From the NCBI GenBank assembly GCA_002245135.1, contig NGBS01001173.1:1-64000 (forward strand): a stretch of DNA of 64,000 nucleotides, in the 5' to 3' direction. The position numbers and the translations under genes were made by a program. Of the stretch, positions 1 through 13,590 are shown piece after piece. How positions within the stretch are numbered: the first letter of the stretch is position 1; every line of letters begins with the position of its first letter. Under the pieces are notes generated by a model that was not told the DNA's origin, searched no databases, and worked only from the letters and a program-made list of their open reading frames with translations. The stretch is from Proteromonas lacertae (taxonomy: Eukaryota).

Positions 1-33
1 CTGACAATAATTCAACTGAAGTATTATTAAAAT

Positions 34-2040
34 TTATTGCACCATATGAATATAATGGAGAAGGTAAATCATCAACAAGTAAAACAGGAGATGAATCATT
101 ATGACTAATCGAAAATTCTCTTTATTCATATCAACAATCACTTCATAAATTGAACCATCTCCATGATTGATGAAATTTGGATTTGAATTAACAACTGTTC
201 CAATATCACAATAATCAGTAATATCTTCACTTTCACCATCCCATGCAACATAATTACATGTTGTTAATAGTTCATAAATATTATCACCAGAATATGTATT
301 ATCTGTTGATAATCCTAACATTCCATCATATTCACTTCCATTTTGATGATATTTATATTTGATATGATAAACTCCATCTTCCATTTTCAAATTCAAATAA
401 CAATGATTAGAACTAAAACATGTATTTGTTATTAATTTTTCATTATTTGATATTGTTATTCCTTCGCTTTTGTTTAATTCTGTGAATTTTATATCAACAA
501 ATTCTAATGATATTTTGAATTTCTTTTCATTTACAATATTCTTACACATTATTTCATATTCTCTATTTTCTATTACTTTATTCACTTTTCCATTAATTAT
601 TCCATTTTCTTTATCTATCATCATTCCATCTGGCAATGAAGGATTGATTGAAAATTCACATCGATTTCCATCAAATAAAGGAATTATTGATATTTCTTCA
701 TAAATAGCAAATAAATATTCTGATTGAGGATATGAAAATGATGTGATTTCTTTTGTTTTTAATTCTTCCAATAATTCTTTATCTTTCATTATTACAATCA
801 TTTCTTCTTCTTCTTCGAAACTCAGTTTATTCTCTTTTATATATTCTATTAATAATTCTTTAGATTTGGAATTTAGATAATTATCTTCATTCAATATTCT
901 AAAAAGAATCTTTTTCCACATACTTCTTCTATTATTGAAACACTCTTTTTATCATCAATGAATAAACATAAACACTTCATTGTTCGATCTCTTTTATTCT
1001 CATTGTATTCCATACATAATCTTTCCAATATATTTCTCTTTTTGTATTTGAGATATATTCTATTTAAATATATTTTTAGTATTTATACTTTCCATTTTCA
1101 TATTTTTATATTTCATTATCATCAATACTATTTCGGTCATTTTTATATTATTCATTTCTAATATACACATTATTTCATCATTCAATTCTTCTTCTTTCAT
1201 TTTATCCAATATTCCTCTTTCTTCTTCATTAAATTCTTCTTCTTCATTATCTTCATTGTAATTGTTGATTATTACATTTTGAATTCTATCATCTTTTATT
1301 AAATATAATTCTATATGATTTTACATTCATTTTTCTTTAATTCTATTTTCATTTCTTTCAACATTTCTTTATTCTCTTTTTCTATCTCTTTCTCTTTTAT
1401 CTTTTCACCATCGATATCTTCTTCTATCAATTGCTTAAAATCATCTTTAATCTCTTTATTATCTTTCTTATTCTTTTGGAATTTATACCATTCTAATAAC
1501 CGATTTAATAACCATAACTCATTCACTATTATCACATCTTTCATATTTAATATCTCCATCAAAATTATTCATTTCTAATCTCAACAAATATTCATTCTTA
1601 TATAATATTTATATCCTCGCTTTTCTATTTCCATATTTTTCAAGTCCTTCTATCTCTCTCAAACATCCACCAAATACATTACAAATATGAATTAATTTCA
1701 TTAATACTTCATCATCTATATTATTATTCACAAATTCATAACAATCATTATTATCTCTTTTTCACTATAACATAAACAAAACATCAACACTTCACACACA
1801 TTCTCTTACACATTATCAGTTCACCACCACTGTAGTATTTCTCCATCTCATAATAGCCAATTTCTTCGATTCTTCATATAACTCCAAAACTCCAACAAAC
1901 TCACGATCTAACAACAGTTTCTTTACAGTTTCATTTCCATTCACTAAAATTGACTTGATTGACATTATTCGATTATTTCCAATCTTCACTTCTATATCAC
2001 CCAAAACCACTTTCAACCAATTTTCGACATAATCTATCAT
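34..2040 (-). pseudogene. Degenerate BTB/BACK-like + putative-Ig + SPRY-like gene, interrupted by stops and frameshifts
   Basis: ORF pieces 1816-2040, 1311-1562 (IVNELWLLNRLLEWY, BACK-like) and 34-921. The last has FSINPSLPDGMMIDKENGIING (putative Ig/He_PIG-like motif) followed by a beta-rich SPRY-like segment. The pieces cannot be cleanly joined by introns. Confidence 0.4.
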
Positions 2041-2491
2041 AAAAATAAATATAAAATATACCCATCTTCTCTTATACTTTTATTCACTTTTTTTTATCAT
2101 CTTTATGTAAATATATAACAAAAATAAAGAAATTCAATTTTTATCAAAATTTGAATAACCCAAAATATAAAATATTATTAACTAGCTGATATAAGAAGTT
2201 GTTATGATGGTTTTTATTATGTTGCTGTTTGGAAATGTTAATATGAGCATATTGTAATCAGATAAGTCAAATCAGTGTTTTGAAAAGACAGAATAATATA
2301 AATATGTTTTAATTTAGATAATTTAGTAAAGATATTAATATTATTACTATAACTTTTCAATTTTAGTTTTTAATTCATTTTTTAATTTATTTTCAATTCA
2401 AACTAGAGTATTATATTAAATGATTTACAAAATATTAATTCTCATTTCAAACTCAAAGACAACAAAAAAGAAAAGAAAATATTATAACAAA

Positions 2492-3806
2492 ATGAGTCAA
2501 GCCAAATCTTATCTTGGACGATTTTAATCTTATATTTATTTCAATGTCTGCTGAGTTAACAAGATACGAATCAGTAGTTCGTAGATGCTCTAACAGTTGT
2601 AAGCTTCATATAAACAGATATGTATCTAAAGAGCAAATAGAAGAAGCAATTTATATTCTTGCAAAAGAATACCGTTATTTATCATCAGAATATAGAGAAG
2701 GTACCGATATATTGGAATATAAAGATAATTACCATCCACCAGTGCATTATTTCGAGAAATCTTGTTCAGATGAACAATATGGGGAAGATATAAAGAAGGC
2801 AACTTATAGGCGATGTAAAAACACATCAGAATATTTTATTTATGCAAACAAAGAGATAGACGAGAGTGAAATTATTGCAATATTCAATCACGCTATGGTA
2901 GATGGTATATCATGTATTAATTTATGTCATAAGTTATGTTTGCATTTATGTGATCCAAGTGTAGAAGTAAAAGTTCACAGTTACGTTTCAGCTCAAGGTC
3001 AAATGAAGATTCCAAAAGAAGCTACTAGAAATGATTATAATATTGATAAAACTATACCAACTTTAGTATTACCTAAGTACTTACACGAATGTAGAGATGA
3101 TGAAAAGATATACAGTCGTGTTTATACAAGTTTAATCGGTGAAGATGATTTAAAAGAAATAATGAAATACACTCATGATGTTCATTGCAGTTTCCAAGGT
3201 TTATTATGGATAACAACATTATTAAGTCAAATGAAGATGTTTAATGTTGATGATTTTTCCAAATCTATACTTTTCCGCTCAATGGCAACTGCAAGAGGAA
3301 GAGCTGAATTTGATCCTCCTGTATTAGATGATGATATCTTATGTAGTGGATTCTTTTCTTTCGTTTTAAAGAAAATTAATAAAGGAGATAAAATAGCTGA
3401 TGTTTGTTCCGATTTAACAAAAAAATTACATACTGCGTTAGAAGAAAAGCAACAATTATATGATTTCTTTTTAGCTGATGATTATCGAATCAGTCCTAAA
3501 CAAACTCTAACTTGTTGTACAATGGGTAGAAGACCAAATCAAAGGCATTATGAAGGTAAATTTTCATTTGATGTTTTAAGTCAAAACTTCTTAACGGTTG
3601 ATAATATAAATGGGAAGGATAATGGTATGAGATTGTTTTGTTTCACTGTTAATGGTGCTGGATGTTATGTTAGTAATGATTATATCTATCCCCAATTCAC
3701 TGATGAAGAAATGAAGAACTATGTGGAAGATATAATAAAAATGATGAAATATTGTGTGAAAGAAGAGAATCGAAATGTTACAGTAGAAGAATTGATGAAA
3801 ATATAA
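2492..3806 (+). CDS. CoA-dependent acyltransferase, condensation-domain/PapA5/alcohol acetyltransferase-like
   Basis: Intronless 430-aa ORF with the HxxxDG motif (FNHAMVDG). The likely ATG at 2492 is one base out of frame with the main ORF (break near the T-run at 2522-2525). Next in-frame ATG is at about 2544. Confidence 0.6.
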
Positions 3807-4039
3807 TTATTTCTTGATTTTTTTAATGGTTAAGAATTAATAATTGAACTTTCATCGAAATTTTTAATTAATACAAAAGTTGAAAAGATGGAAAATATCT
3901 TAAATACCAATATTACAAAGAATGATTAGTAATTTGTTGTTTATTTTACCTTATGTTCGAATATGATAATAGAAACTTGACTTCTTGTTTGAATATCTAA
4001 AACGAAAAATAGTCGTTTCATTTTAATTACATTTTCGAA

Positions 4040-7000
4040 ATGGATGACTTAGATCTATTTGGTGTATTCCAGAGCGATACATCCGAAAAGTATGTACTAT
4101 AAAAATAATATAAATAGACCTGCAAAGCGAAATAATGAAGGAATAGAAAAATCTAAACCAGTTAAGAAGCCTAAATCTACACCAACACCAGAAGTAGATG
4201 AAATAGAGCCAGAGATACCAGCTGCTCCAAGTGTAAATACTCAAAAAGATACATTAAGCAATGATAGTAAATTTACTCTACATGAAGAAGTATTACCATT
4301 GGATGGAGAAGTTCAGCCTTCTTGGACACCTAATCCAACTCCAGCTAAAACATATTCCTTCCCATTAGATCCATTTCAAGCAAAATCAATAGAATTTCTC
4401 GAAAAAGGTGAATCAGTATTAGTTACTGCTCACACATCAGCAGGAAAGACAGCAGTAGCAGAATATGCAATTGCAATGGCGTTAAGAGATAAGCAGAGAG
4501 TAATTTATACATCACCAATCAAAGCATTAAGTAACCAAAAATACAGAGATCTCCACGAAGAGTTCAATGATGTAGGATTAATGACAGGAGATGTAACAAT
4601 CAGTCCAAATGCATCATGTTTAGTAATGACAACTGAGATTCTTCGATCGATGTTATACAGAGGTAGTGAAATATTAAGAGAAGTAGCTTGGGTGATCTAT
4701 GATGAAATCCATTACATGAGAGATTTAGAAAGAGGAGTAGTATGGGAGGAAAGTATTGTTTTATTACCACATAAAGTGAGGTATGTTTTCTTGTCAGCAA
4801 CTATACCAAACGGTAAAGAATTTGCTGGATGGATTGCAGATACACACCATCAGAAGGTTCATGTGCTATATACTGAGTTTAGACCTACTCCATTGCAACA
4901 TTATATATATACATCAGGTAGTAATGGATTGTATTTAGTCTTAGATGAAACTGGGAAATTTAGAGAAAAGAATTTTCAAAAAGCAGTAAGTACGATGGCT
5001 AGTGGTGAATTAGAAGAACAGGTGATGAGTAAAAACAGTAAAAAACAATCAAAACAACCACAGAATCGAATTTAAAACAAATAGTGAAGTTAATAATGGA
5101 TAAGAATTACGATCCAGTGATTATTTTCAGTTTTAGTAAGAAAGAATGTGAAGGATATGGTAATGTAATAGCTCAAGATTGTTATACAACTAAAGATGAA
5201 CAAAAAATGATTAAAGAAGTGTATCAAGCCGCAATTGATGGCTTGAGTGATGAAGATAAACGTTTACCTCAAGTGAACTCAATGTTACCGTTATTAATGA
5301 ATGGAGTTGGTATACATCATGGTGGTTTACTGCCAATACTGAAGGAAATAATTGAAATATTATTCCAGGAAGGATTATTAAAGGTTTTATTTGCTACAGA
5401 AACCTTTGCAATGGGTGTGAATATGCCTGCAAGAACTGTAGTCTTTACAAATATAAAGAAATATGATGGTAAAGATTTTAGATTAATAACCAGTGGGGAA
5501 TACATTCAAATGAGTGGAAGAGCTGGTAGAAGAGGTAAAGATTTAAGAGGTATTGTTATACAGATGTTGGATGAAAAGATAGAACCAAATGATGTGAAGA
5601 GTATATTGAAAGGTGATGCTGACCCATTAAATAGTTCATTTTATTTGGGATATAATATGTTATTGAATTTAATGAGAGTAGAAGATGCTGATCCTGAATA
5701 TATTATTAAACATTCATTTTATCAATATCAAAAACAACAAGTATATATATATATATTATTATTATTATTATTATAGAAAGCTCCTTTATTATTAAACAAG
5801 ATTCATGAAATAGAAAGTGAATTATCAAAACTTAGTATTAGTGATGATAAAAATATTGGAAAACATTATGCTTTAACAGAAAAAATAAAAGAAAATGATA
5901 ATTTAATCAGACGAATGAACAATAGCAGTCCAAATTTAATAAAGTTCTTGATTTGTGGAAGATTGGTAGAGATTAAAAGTAAAAATAATCTGTTTGATTG
6001 GGGATGCGTATTACAGTGTAGTAAAAGTACAATAAGTGATGTTAATAATCCAGACAATATATGTGACTTATATACTGTTGATGTTTTATTATATGTATAT
6101 ATATGATATTTTTTTTTAATTTTTCTATTTATGTTGTATATATAGTGTGATCCAGATTCAACTAAAGATAATCCACTTCCTTGTCCACCTACTAAAAGAG
6201 GTAATATGTTAGCAATCAATGTAACATTATCAACCATTTACAACATATCATCAATAATATTACAATTAGATAAAGACTTGAAGAGTGTACATAAACGAAA
6301 TCAAACATATGAAAAGATAAAAGAAGTGAAGAAGAGATTTAATAATAATATTCCACTATTGAATCCAGTAAAAGATTTGAAAATCAATGAGAGTAAAATT
6401 GGTAAATTGATTGAAAATCAAAAGAATTTTGAAGAAGAAATAAGAATGATGAGTGATGTAGATGTGAATAGTAAAGATTATAAGGATTATGTAAATCGAA
6501 TTAAGCTTGAAGAGAAGAAAAAGAATTTGAAATTAGAAGTAAAATATGCTGAAGAATTAGCTTTAACCGTATATATTAATTTATATATATATATATATTT
6601 ATAGGATCAATTAAAAATGATGAAAAGAGTATTACGTCGTTTGGAATACATTGATGATAAGAACGTAGTATTAATGAAAGGCAAAGTAGCTTGTGAAATC
6701 AATGCAAGTGATGAATTATTATTAACAGAATTAATATTCGACAATGTCTTTAACGATTTAACAATTCCTCAATTATGTGGTTTATTAAGTATGTTGGTGT
6801 TTGAAGAGAAATGTGATGAAAATATTCATGTTCCACAGGATATGTTGGAAGTAATAAAACGATTAGAAGATAGTGCAAGAAGGTTAGGACAAGTATTAAT
6901 AGATGCAAAGATGGAGTTAGATTTAGAAGAATATGTTCATAAATATAAACCAGCTGTAGTTGATGTATATATATATATATATATATATATTATTTATGTT

Positions 7001-7246
7001 ATTCATATTTATTAGATTGTATATGGTTGGGCAAAAGGAGATTCTTTCAGTGAAATCTGTAAGAAGAATGACAGTATATATGAAGGTAGCGTAATTAGAT
7101 GTATTCGTCGTGAAGAAGAATTATTGAGAGAATTGATAGATGCTTCTCATGCAATAGGAAATAATGATTTAGAAAGCAAGTTCACTGAAGCAATAAAGTG
7201 TATAAAAAGAGATATAGTATTTGCTGCTTCTCTTTATTTGAATTAA
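4040..7246 (+). CDS. MTR4: Exosome-associated Ski2-like RNA helicase MTR4 (multi-exon)
   Basis: Motifs [42 protein letters not shown] and C-terminal [10 protein letters not shown]. Start [10 protein letters not shown] at 4040 with a 28-nt intron at 4090-4117. Further introns start near 5741, 6095, 6569 and 6965. Frame break at about 5040-5075. Confidence 0.93.
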
Positions 7247-7595
7247 TAAAAAATAAATTCAATATTGTTTCTATTATTATAAATTATGTGTATTGAATTT
7301 GTTGTTGTTTTGTTAATATTAATCAAGAAATGTGATCAGTATAATAGATTGTAGATTCTGATTATGTTTGAAATCTTATATATAAAATACTCACTTTATA
7401 TGTAAAACTTTAAGATTAACACAATTTTATAGAATAAGAAGTTTAATCAAGCGATTATGATATTGTTTATTAATGTAAATGAAAAAGCTTGATCACAAAG
7501 CTTGAAAGAATTGTTATTTTCTCTACAATTACACAAAATCAAACACATAATAATAATAATAATAATAATAATAAAACAATAATGAAATAATGTAA

Positions 7596-8718
7596 TTATT
7601 CTACATTCAAATAATCTTCTACAATTTCTTTCTTTACTTCTTTACTAATCCCATTTAATTTTATTGTTCCAATTGAAGAAAATGTTTCTAGAAATGATTT
7701 TAATTCTGATTGATCTATATTTTCTTTTACTGTAATATTTAGTTCAGTCATAAATTCTAATATTTCTCTATTTTCTTTCATCAATCTTAATTCTCTTTCA
7801 TTTAATTCATTTCCGGATATATCTATCTCATCTAATAGTTTATAATCTTTTAGTCTTTCTATTAACACTCTTAATCCTTTCTCACTCATTCCAATATCTA
7901 TTGAGTTTACAAAATTATTATATTCATAAAATACTTGAGAGATTTAATGTTTTACAATCTACAACAAATCTATCTAAATGTTTATATATAATCTCAACAC
8001 CTTCATCTCCAATTTCATTGTTAAATATTCTCTTTAGTCTTATAAATATTATTATTTTCTGAAAATGGTAATTTCTTACAAATCATTTCATATAATATAC
8101 ATCCAATTGACCATATCACACTTCTCTCATTACATTCTAATCCATTCAACTCTTCTGGGCTTTTAAAGCATATATCATATACTCTCCAATCTTCTTCTTT
8201 TCTCAAATCACTCAAGTATAAATCACATAACTTCATTTCATTACCTTTCTCTTCATACACTATGTTACTACTCTTCAAATTACCAATTACTATCTTATAT
8301 TCAATCAATATCATTACTATATCACATAAAGAACATATAACAACACATATATCACTCACAGAAACGGAGTTACTTTTAATCATCTCTTCTAAATCTATAG
8401 TGTAAAAATCTCGCAATAATATCATATGTTCATCACATCTATTCAACTGATACATTTTTAAAGGATATATGAAGGGTAAACAACTATCTGATAAAAACAA
8501 GTGGTTTTCTATAAACTGTAATAGTCCCTTCTCTTTTATCTCATTTACATTTAAGATTTTTTATCATCTTTCTTTCACTCTCATTCTCTACTACTAAATC
8601 TATTTCACTTAAACTCTTTTCAACTCGATCTTTTATCTACAAATAGAAATAAACAAAATACTTTACAATCATATGGTATTATCCGACATAATATATCTCC
8701 TAACAAACAATTCATCAA
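7596..8718 (-). pseudogene. Internally deleted pseudokinase-LRR family copy
   Basis: Kinase-like segment (IGNLKSSNI, DLY, KSPEE, IWSIGCILYEM) joined out of frame at about 8021 directly to the last LRRs (NNEIGDEGV, GMSEKGLRVLIERLK). Homologous to 54547-57827. Confidence 0.75.
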
Positions 8719-9016
8719 ATTAAAGATTTTGGAATGTTTCAAAATATTGATTCGTTTCTTTTTCAAATTTCAAAAATTTAATTCTTGATTAAGAAAAGCA
8801 GAGTATATAAGGATGTTATCATGTTGGTCATGTGATTATTTGAAACTGAATTTGAAATATAAAAGTGAGATAAAATATGTTTCTATAAAGAAGTATGTAA
8901 TTTTATAGTAATTGATGTTTAGAAGTGATATAAAAAGTGACAATCATTTATGTGGAAGAGTGAAAGTATTATTTGGTTTATACAATTGTTGTTCTCCTTT
9001 GTTGATAAAGAACGAA

Positions 9017-9948
9017 ATGGGAAGTGTAGTATTATCTATAAATAATATAATGATGAATAATAGAGAGAATTGAATGGATTTATAAAAAGTGGAAGTTATG
9101 AATTATTTGTTCCACCATGGTTAAGTTGTACAAGTTGGGGAATAGCTGATTTATCAACAGAAAAAGTAATAGTATCAAAAAATCTAAACTATGAATGTCA
9201 ACCAGCCTCTTTAACTAAAATTTTAACAGTTTATTGTGTAATTCGATATTACAATTCCAACATTGAAGAAATGAAGAGAGAAATAGTGAAAGTATCTAAA
9301 AGAGCAGCTGAATGTAAAAACGGAACTCATGCTGATTTACAATATTGTGATGAAATTAGTGTTTATGACTTATTATATGCATTAATGCTTCCCAGTGGAA
9401 ATGATGCAGCAATCTCATTGGCTGAACATGTTGGTTCAAAAATATTATCCTCCAGGATTGAAAATCGAGAAAGAAGTGAAGATTTAAATGAATGTTATAA
9501 AGAGTTTATAAAACTAATGAATGATACTGTAAGTAGATTGGGATTAAAATATAGTCACTTTGAAAATGTTCATGGTATGAGAAACAAAGACAATAAGACA
9601 AGTGTATCTGATTTATTAACTCTTACATTTCATTGTTTGAATTTTGAATTATTTAGGAAAGTAACAAGTACAAAGAAGTATAGTTGTACAATAAAAGGAA
9701 GAAATAGAAATAGAAAGAAAGAGTATAAGAATAGTCATAGTTTATTAGGAATGAATGGTTTTAAATACGGTAAAACAGGTTGGGTTCCTGATGGGAATCA
9801 TGGAATTCATGGTAATTTATGGTCAGTTGTTGAAAGGAAAGAAAAGAAATTAAATGTGATTGTGTTAGGATGTGTAGATCAAAGTATGAGATTTGTTGAT
9901 AGTAGAGTAATAGTTGATTGGTGTTATAATGTTTTAGGGAATGAATAA
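9017..9948 (+). CDS. Serine-type D-Ala-D-Ala carboxypeptidase (peptidase S11, PBP5/DacA-like)
   Basis: All three PBP motifs are present: SxxK (PASLTK), SxN (LPSGNDAA) and KTG, plus HFENVHG. Start MGSV at 9017 with a 35-nt intron at 9029-9063 restores the frame. Confidence 0.88.
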
Positions 9949-10012
9949 TGAAGAATGTTTTCTTTTTGTTTGCTTTTTGTAAAACAAACAATAACAATGA
10001 AAATCATATAAT

Positions 10013-11375
10013 TTAATCACTTTCTGATGATACATTTTCTTTCTTATATTTCTCAAAATAAATATTTACAAGTATATCGCTTAATAAAGCTTTAGTGTAG
10101 GTGAAGTAAATAAGAATTAAATAAAACTAAACTTAACATATATACATTTAATAAAAAAAGATATTGAAAAACGAACTTTTCTAATATTTCTATTTAAATA
10201 TAATTTATATTGTTTCTTTCTATTATAATATCTATGATTCTTATTCCATCCACTATTCAAATATTTCATAATCTTTGTAGTTATATCTTTACAATATTTT
10301 GGTCTTTGAATTAGTGGAACTATCTCTTTAGTAACAGGATCATAATTAAATTCTTCATCTAAACATGTTTTACAGTTAAATAGAGTTGGAACTTTATCTA
10401 CCGTCCTTCTTCTTTTTCCTTCACATCTTTTACCAATATAATGTCTACAGTTTTCACTTCCACAATAACAACGTTGAGGATTCTATAAATAATAATATAT
10501 TATTATTACTATACTTTTCCATATTGTACAAACGAATAATCGAACGACAATTCTGTACCTTTCTTTATGTCTTTATCTGCAAATATACCAACTCGTTGTT
10601 CACCTAATACAGTCCATTTTTCTATTCTACAATTAGGATCACATGAATGGTTGATGAATCTACCTATATTAGCCTTACGACTAGCATCTATATATTCATT
10701 ATTATCTAAAGACATGAAATATTGATGATGATCATGATATATCTATTAAAAAGAAATTATATTCTTTATATATATATACTGCTGCTCTTCTTTTATATTC
10801 TTCTTCATTTATTACTTCTCCTACATATTCTACTACTAATTCATTCTTAGGAATATCGTTTTTTGTTATTAATCCCCAACCTTTTCGTTTATCATGAACC
10901 ATATCCACTTTTTGCCAATTTCTCAATTGCATTCGACGATTCTGACAATCATGCTTACATGGACATAGACGATAACAACATTCTATCAATAAGGCTCGGT
11001 TTAAACAAGTCTCATCTTCACATTTACAATTATCTATTTGAATAAAGTGAGATATATACTTGCATAACAATCACAGACTGGATATTCATCCTATTGTTTA
11101 TAATAATTAATAACAAATACTAAATTTGCTTTATTTTTACTCCTATTTACATAAACATTTTCTGTAATCCATTCAAATTCCTTCCTTGCTTCTTCTTCAC
11201 TTCTTAAGAGATTGATAGCATGGATTCCACTATAAAATAATAAATACAAAGCAAACTTTTCTGGCTTTATATCAGGAGGAGGCGCTTGCGGTGGGGCAAA
11301 CTAGGATATAGTTCAAAAATTGTATACTCGATCTACATAGCAAAATTGATGCGGGGTTGCTTTGCTTCTCACCAT
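10013..11375 (-). CDS. AWS-SET-postSET histone lysine methyltransferase (SETD2/ASH1/NSD, H3K36-type), multi-exon
   Basis: Cys-rich AWS (CLNRALLIEC..CQNRR), KGWGL, EYVGEV, RFINHSCDPNC, ELSFDY and post-SET CYCGSENCR. ATG at 11375, stop at 10013. Confidence 0.88.
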
Positions 11376-11456
11376 TTTTTATTTTTGATGGTACGAAACG
11401 ACTTTATTTTTATAAATTCAAAATAAAATAGAATATTTTAATAACTTTTATTTAAA

Positions 11457-11580
11457 TTACATAATAACACAACAACCTTTACTTTCGCCTTTAGAAGTTT
11501 CAGATGTTGGATTACTATTATTGTTGTTTGTAGTAGATGTATTATCTGATGCTGCTGTAGGTTGTGGTTGAGATTCATTC

Positions 11581-11642
<62 letters not shown>

Positions 11643-12229
11643 TGCCTGTTCTGTTTTACTTTTATCATCTATTTTCTTTTTTTCTTCATCTGCTTTTCTA
11701 TCTTCTTCTTCTTTTTTTCTTTTTGCTTCTTTATCCTTTAATTCATTGCAAATTTTTATTGTCTTATCCAGATTATTAAAAGGAACATTTTCTTCTCTAC
11801 TAATATTACATGATACTTTATATTCTTCATAACATTTGTGAATAATTTCTACAAATTTTTTATATTCATCTTCGAATTTTTCTCCTTCTATATTATTTTT
11901 TAGATTATTAGCACCTTCAATTAATTTTGTAACATAAATACATTCACTTATTTCTTTTACTTCTTCCAAAGCGTTTAATGCTGTCTATATATGTGTAATA
12001 TCAAAATTATACATCTTTATTATTATCTTTTTTAATATCATCTATTTTTTCTAAAATAGCAAGTTGATCATTTAATTTTCCCCATGCATTATTCAACAGA
12101 GATTCTACAAAGTCTTTATCGTTTTCATATTCTGATTTTAACTAGAAACAATTAACAAACTATTTATACTCCAAGTCCTTTGTAAACCTCATTTATATCA
12201 AAATATTTAATAGGGTTTTCTGTAGACAT
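11457..12229 (-). CDS. Hypothetical coiled-coil/polyQ protein ending in a CaaX box (GCCVIM)
   Basis: ORF 11457-11969 is extended by two short introns to ATG 12229. C-terminal CVIM with an adjacent Cys. Confidence 0.6.
11581..11642. repeat. (CAA)n trinucleotide microsatellite encoding polyQ
   Basis: About 20 perfect TGT/TTG units on the + strand. Confidence 0.95.
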
Positions 12230-12332
12230 CTAAAAAAACAAAAAAAACTATTTGGGTATCCGAAAACTTTACACTACATTTTTCAAACACCATAAAATTT
12301 AAAAACAAATAATAATTGAAATAAAAACATAT

Positions 12333-13590
12333 TTAATCTTTTTTAACTTTTTCAACATTTTTATTCTTCTGATACTTTTCAAATAACTCAGATAATAAGC
12401 CAGAGAATACCATTCCAACTCCACACCACTGCATACTGGTCAAATCATGCTTAAATATAAACACTGACATTAAAACTGTAAAGAATTTTCTAGTAGTAGT
12501 TACAATAGATGTAACAAATGAGTTAAAATTGGACATTGTGAAGAAAATGAAGTTCTGTCCAAATGCACTAGCAAAGGATAATAGTAAAATTGTCTATTTA
12601 CACAATATATTATATTAATGTATATATACTTTCATTAACTCTGGATATTGTGTAATAAAGTTATAACTAGGTACTAACTGTCCAGTAACCACCAAAAATA
12701 CTAAAGAATAAATAACAGACCATGCATTCTGTCCATACATCAATTGATAAGTTCCAACTTCATATTTTTCGACTAATCCATCTAAAACAGGTCCATAAAT
12801 ACCATCACATGCTAAAGATGTTGCTAATAAAATATAACCTAATGTGCTAGTCTCAACTTTGGAGGATTTTGTTGTTGATGGATATAAGTTAAATACTGCA
12901 ATACCAGCGGTGATAAGAAGTACTCTGACATATTGTTTCCAGCTGTATCTTTTTCTAAGATATACAGCTCCAAATAACATTACTGGGATGATTTTTGTAC
13001 TCTTTGCTAAAGCTAACACTGGATATGCAACATACTATTGAATAATATATAAAATAATTCAAATAATACATTTAAACTTGCATTACTACACAACATAGCT
13101 AATAAATAACAAAATGCTGAAATTGAGTATTTTGGGAAAGAAGCAGCCGCTACTTCGTAGGTTATTTCATTTAATTTCGAATTAAATGGTATTTCAATAT
13201 GAATACCTTCTTTTCCAACGAGAATTATTCCATCTTCAATATGTTCATATACAGTTCCTGAAAAATCATGAATACCTTTGTGAATTGTCACATAACGACC
13301 TTTTTTAACTGATGAAAGTGGAATTTTCTTTGATCTTCTGTCCAAAATTAATCCTACATATGTCATAATGAGCAATTATACCAAATAATGCAAAAACTAA
13401 GTTGATAAAACATTGTACTAAAAGTAGAGCATTGGTATAAGTAAACTTTTCACCTTTTGATCCTCTGAACTGATAGCTATAATTAATATAATTAATAAAG
13501 TCAATACATTTTCTCTTGAAAAATACCAAATGATAAGTAACAGACATAAACACCTGTAACTGCAATTAGTAGTTTGACTTCAGAAATCAT
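12333..13590 (-). CDS. UAA-family nucleotide-sugar transporter (SLC35B1/HUT1-like), multi-exon
   Basis: Motifs FGIFQEK, FTYTNALLLVQC, SNASL..VAYPVLALAKSTKIIPVM, SLACDG, GQNFIF and VTTTRKFFTVL. Probable 5'-UTR intron at about 13591-13645. Confidence 0.85.
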
